Below the pieces are notes generated by a model that made no database searches, was not told the DNA's origin, and saw nothing but the letters and a program-made list of their open reading frames with translations. Of a DNA stretch of 24,180 nucleotides, positions 20,647 through 24,180 are shown one piece after another. How positions within the stretch are numbered: the stretch's first letter is position 1; every line of letters begins with the position of its first letter. Source of the DNA: Selaginella moellendorffii. Lineage: Eukaryota > Plantae > Lycopodiophyta. Where the stretch lies: contig NW_003314304.1 in assembly GCF_000143415.4 (NCBI RefSeq), positions 880,300 through 904,479 on the forward strand, written 5' to 3'. Position numbers and translations under genes: made by a program.

Positions 20647-21550
20647 TTCGCTACGATCTCAGTCCCTTTACAAGTTTGCTTAAACAAACCAAAAATTAGT
20701 ACTGCTAAATCCGTTATGAGTCCCTCTTATAATAGTTGAGTTAATTAAGCATTTTGACTGTACTTAAACTAAATAAGCATAAAGATGAAATTCTTATATG
20801 TTATTAGCTAATCATACTTAGCTTAGTAAGGAGTTTCCTCTAAATTGTATCTTGCATTGACTAGTGACAAAAACCCTCATGTATTAAACACTGGTCCCTC
20901 AATATCTCTATGTGATAATTTATTATTTACCAGACACCCTCACTATTATATCCTATATGTTACCAGTCCTATTACCTATATATTAAAAGTGTCATATTTA
21001 TAAAAATGTAGAGAATATCCTAAATATGATGGTATTGTTTCCATATCCAAATTTACAAACTAACATCATTCCATATTTAATAATTTTTTAAGTATTTTAT
21101 AGAGACTAACACTTTTAGTGGTGAAAGCTTGAAATGTGTTTTTAAATAAGGGGGTTCTAATAGTAAGGATCAGATATGGTTGAAAAACTTTAGATATTGT
21201 CTATTTAATGTGTTTGTCCTTATTCTATGTGGAAACAATGGTCTATCTTGACTAGCACAAATCCTAATTCAAGCATGGTGCTATATACAAAACCTCTTCA
21301 CATTAGGGCTTTTAATTGCCTTGTCTTTAGCATTAAGTTATTAGATATTTATCAAATAATATGAGTGATCTAGCTTTATCTAAAGCTTACTTATCAAATG
21401 GTATTGCAAAGGATAGATTTTTCTATACTAGTAGGTTGATTCCACCTCTGTCAGTATTATTTGGTTATATTTAATCTATAATGTTGGATTACATTGAGTC
21501 TTTAATATAGCGATTCACTTCTTGATGAAGTGATCACTCCATCTGTTGGG

Positions 21551-21650
21551 NNNNNNNNNNNNNNNNNNNNNNNNNNNNNNNNNNNNNNNNNNNNNNNNNN
21601 NNNNNNNNNNNNNNNNNNNNNNNNNNNNNNNNNNNNNNNNNNNNNNNNNN
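21551..21650. other. Assembly gap
   Basis: 100 N. Confidence 1.
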
Positions 21651-22689
21651 ACACTCTCACTATCATTCATTATTTATTGATCCCATTTTGGTCCAATTAA
21701 TTATTTATAGAAAGTGTGTAAATTTGGTTGTTAGGCATCTTTATATAATATAGAGATTGTTCTAAACAAGATGATGTTATTCCTACATTCAAATTCATAA
21801 TCAGTAAGTTTTTAACAAGTTATCTTTTGTAACTAGGGTGAAAGCTTAAAGGAGGGGGTTCGTTCCAAATATATAGTCATACCAACTTTAGGCATTTTTA
21901 AGTTATTTATTGGGTGTGTTTATCTTTGTTTTTTATCTAGCTTAAGTATAAGCCCAAATTCCATACTATGCTAACTAGTATAGTACTCATATCCTCATGT
22001 TAAACCACCAATATGCTAAAATAGCATTAGATTTAGTTTGACTTCATTTTATATATTAGTTTTGGTGTTGGGATGTTGGATGTTTTAAGATTGTTTAATT
22101 TATACTCCATACTCTTATTCCTTCTTTCCTAAATGATATGTTTAAGTATCTTTTTGTTCATTAATAGGCCAAATCCCACACTATTGCCCTTGGCACATAT
22201 GTCTAAAGGAGATTTTTTCTTTGTAGTTATTTTATAGTAAATCACTGTAAAATATAAAGTGAAAACTACATACACCATATTTAACATGTCCACACATCAT
22301 AGCAATCATGTTATACATCTTCAGTTACATCTCTTGTTGATTCTTATTGAGGGCTTGTAATTCATAAATAACATCATGGATAATTCAAACCCTAGATACA
22401 ACTAATCAACTAAAAGCCCCATTATCTCTCTTATAATTCTTGTAAAGTTTAACCTTTTACATCAAGTCATGTTCCTTCCCTTCTGCGGCTAGCTATATGA
22501 ACATATAGCTTAGACACTCCGTGTGCTCCAACATGTCACCTCCATCTTTAAAGACACATGCCTCCAATTGCAAGTGAATCCTGATGACCACTCTTTTTTT
22601 GAAAGTGTCCTCACCTCCCTTTGCCAGGCTTCCAGCCCAGATCCAACCACTGGCTTGGATCAAAGAGATTCACAATGCCATACATGCTC

Positions 22690-22789
22690 NNNNNNNNNNN
22701 NNNNNNNNNNNNNNNNNNNNNNNNNNNNNNNNNNNNNNNNNNNNNNNNNNNNNNNNNNNNNNNNNNNNNNNNNNNNNNNNNNNNNNNNN
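22690..22789. other. Assembly gap
   Basis: 100 N. Confidence 1.
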
Positions 22790-23611
22790 TTGTTACCTCC
22801 ATCTGGTGGGAAGCTGCTCTCACCATACCGCAAGATCCAGCTCTACTAATACCACGACCTAGAATAATGTTTATTAGGTTAATTGGGTAGGCCACTAATG
22901 AGGATTGCTGCTTCTAATGTGGAAATGGAGGAACCATCATTGCTGCCACTAGCAAGAATCTAGAAAGAAATAAGAGTGGAAAGTATGATCTAACATGAGC
23001 TACACTAAAATCTCTCAAGCTCACACACTGAAACATTCAACACGCTCCAAAAACACTTTTAAACATTATTAATCACTGTAAGACTTCGCTGTCACGTCCT
23101 TCTTCCATATCTCCTCGGATCACAAATCTTCCTTGCCCTTTGTCTCGTAGCAAAGATTTTACATATCTTGGTGGATCTCCCCCCCCCCCATATAAATACA
23201 TAGTTGGATAGAATGATTTCAATTCCATAGCACTGATTTGATTAGTGAAATCTCAGTGAATTTTGGAATCCTTGGAATACTTGATACAGAATTATAAACT
23301 TTGCTCGGATTTTTCTGAACTTCTGCGAGAAGTGTGATGAATCTTCCTAGTCCGGCCAGGCTCCTAATGTTTGCTCAAACAGTCAAGTCTGTGCTCCAAA
23401 TTTCAACATGATTTTATACACAAGATTTGCAAATCTCGCCTAAGACTTAGTCTCGAGTCAATCGCCACATTTTAGTCCATCATGGCTGTTTCCTAGTACT
23501 GGAGCAACGTCATGCGAAAGGCCAACGCTCCTATGTATGTATATATATATATACGTAATTTCCTGATATACAATCATCTTGTTTTGTATTGCTGTGTTGA
23601 TCTTGATCGCC

Positions 23612-24180
23612 ATGTTGAAGTTTTACGTGTCCTTCATTGTAGTGATCTATTGCATGCTCAGGATAATCGAGGCCAACGATGATGGCACTGTTTCATTTAT
23701 CAGGGAAGCAAACAGCACAACTCTAAAGCAGAAGTATGACTATATCGTTGTTGGAGGAGGAACTGCTGGCTGTGCGATCGCTGCAACCCTATCTCAGCGC
23801 TACAAAGTTCTTGTTCTCGAGCGAGGCGGCTCCCCGTATGGAAATCCGCTGCTCTTGCGGATCGAGAACTCTGGGACCAACTTCGCCAACCCGGGTGGAT
23901 TGGAGGCTCCCAATCAGGCATTCACATCCGAGGATGGCGTGGCAAGCATCAGGCCAAATGTTTTGGGAGGAGGCAGCAGCATCAATGGAGCCGTCTACAA
24001 TCGTGCTCCAGACGAGTTTATCAGCGATGCCAAGCTCGACAAGAACTTGGTCGAGAGCTCATACGCTTGGGTGGAGAAAGTTGGTGGCATCCAGGCCAAG
24101 AAACTTCAGTGCTTTCCAGAATTCCATCCGTGGAGCACTGCTCGAAGTCGGTGTGACGCCAGATTTTGGTTTCACCTACA
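23612..24180 (+). CDS. Secreted GMC oxidoreductase (HOTHEAD / mandelonitrile lyase-like), 5' part, running off the window; apparent +1 frameshift at ~24083
   Basis: Signal peptide MLKFYVSFIVVIYCMLRIIEA; FAD-binding YDYIVVGGGTAGC; VLVLERGG; FTSEDGV; VLGGGSSING; YAWVEK. Homology continues in the +1 frame (ALLEVGVTPDFGFTY). Absent from the ORF track because no stop is reached. Confidence 0.9.
   Translation, partial: MLKFYVSFIVVIYCMLRIIEANDDGTVSFIREANSTTLKQKYDYIVVGGGTAGCAIAATLSQRYKVLVLERGGSPYGNPLLLRIENSGTNFANPGGLEAPNQAFTSEDGVASIRPNVLGGGSSINGAVYNRAPDEFISDAKLDKNLVESSYAWVEKVGGIQAKKLQCFPEFHPWSTARSRCDARFWFHL

Larger units (their letters stand above)
18600..23000. mobile_element. AT-rich, CpG-depleted probable degenerate transposable-element DNA
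   Basis: Sharp drop in GC, almost no CpG, no ORFs and three assembly gaps. The minus strand ~21952-22016 reads AYWWFNMRI*VLY*LA*YGIW, reminiscent of the Ty3/gypsy integrase Zn-finger YWWPxM..V..Y...C..C. Confidence 0.4.

Noticed and set aside
19851-22895. ORFs spanning N runs
   Set aside because: Artefacts of assembly gaps.
23482-23661. Upstream coding exon plus intron for the GMC gene
   Set aside because: The ATG at 23482 stops after four codons; the ATG at 23612 gives an in-frame signal peptide without splicing.
1-24180. CRISPR arrays, rRNA/tRNA genes or prokaryotic systems
   Set aside because: None seen; the sequence is an intron-containing plant nuclear locus, and its periodicity is explained by PPR and LRR coding repeats.

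Overview
Eukaryotic land-plant genomic DNA, most likely the lycophyte Selaginella. This is inferred from very short GT-AG introns (44-92 nt), tight gene packing and intronless PPR genes built from long runs of 31-aa S/SS motifs. The gene-dense core (2.3-16.3 kb) holds: a 3-exon NLR with an RPW8/Cbl-N-like helical N-terminus (+); three intronless PLS-class PPR genes, all ending in a truncated E2; a 2-exon nsLTP (+); and a 10-exon bulb-lectin (G-type) non-RD receptor kinase (-). The standout is the kinase. A canonical 92-nt intron after the kinase domain appears to splice it in frame to an extra ~137-aa Trp-rich, SH3/Tudor-like-looking C-terminal domain, and its ectodomain lacks EGF/PAN and instead carries RKLL/RTLL motifs. 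The left flank holds decayed relics (an LRR-like frame and a kinase fragment). The right flank is AT-rich, CpG-poor, gap-containing probable TE debris, followed by the 5' part of a secreted GMC oxidoreductase (HOTHEAD/mandelonitrile-lyase-like) with an apparent +1 frameshift. All splice models were derived by hand from splice signals and frame continuity, without transcript evidence.
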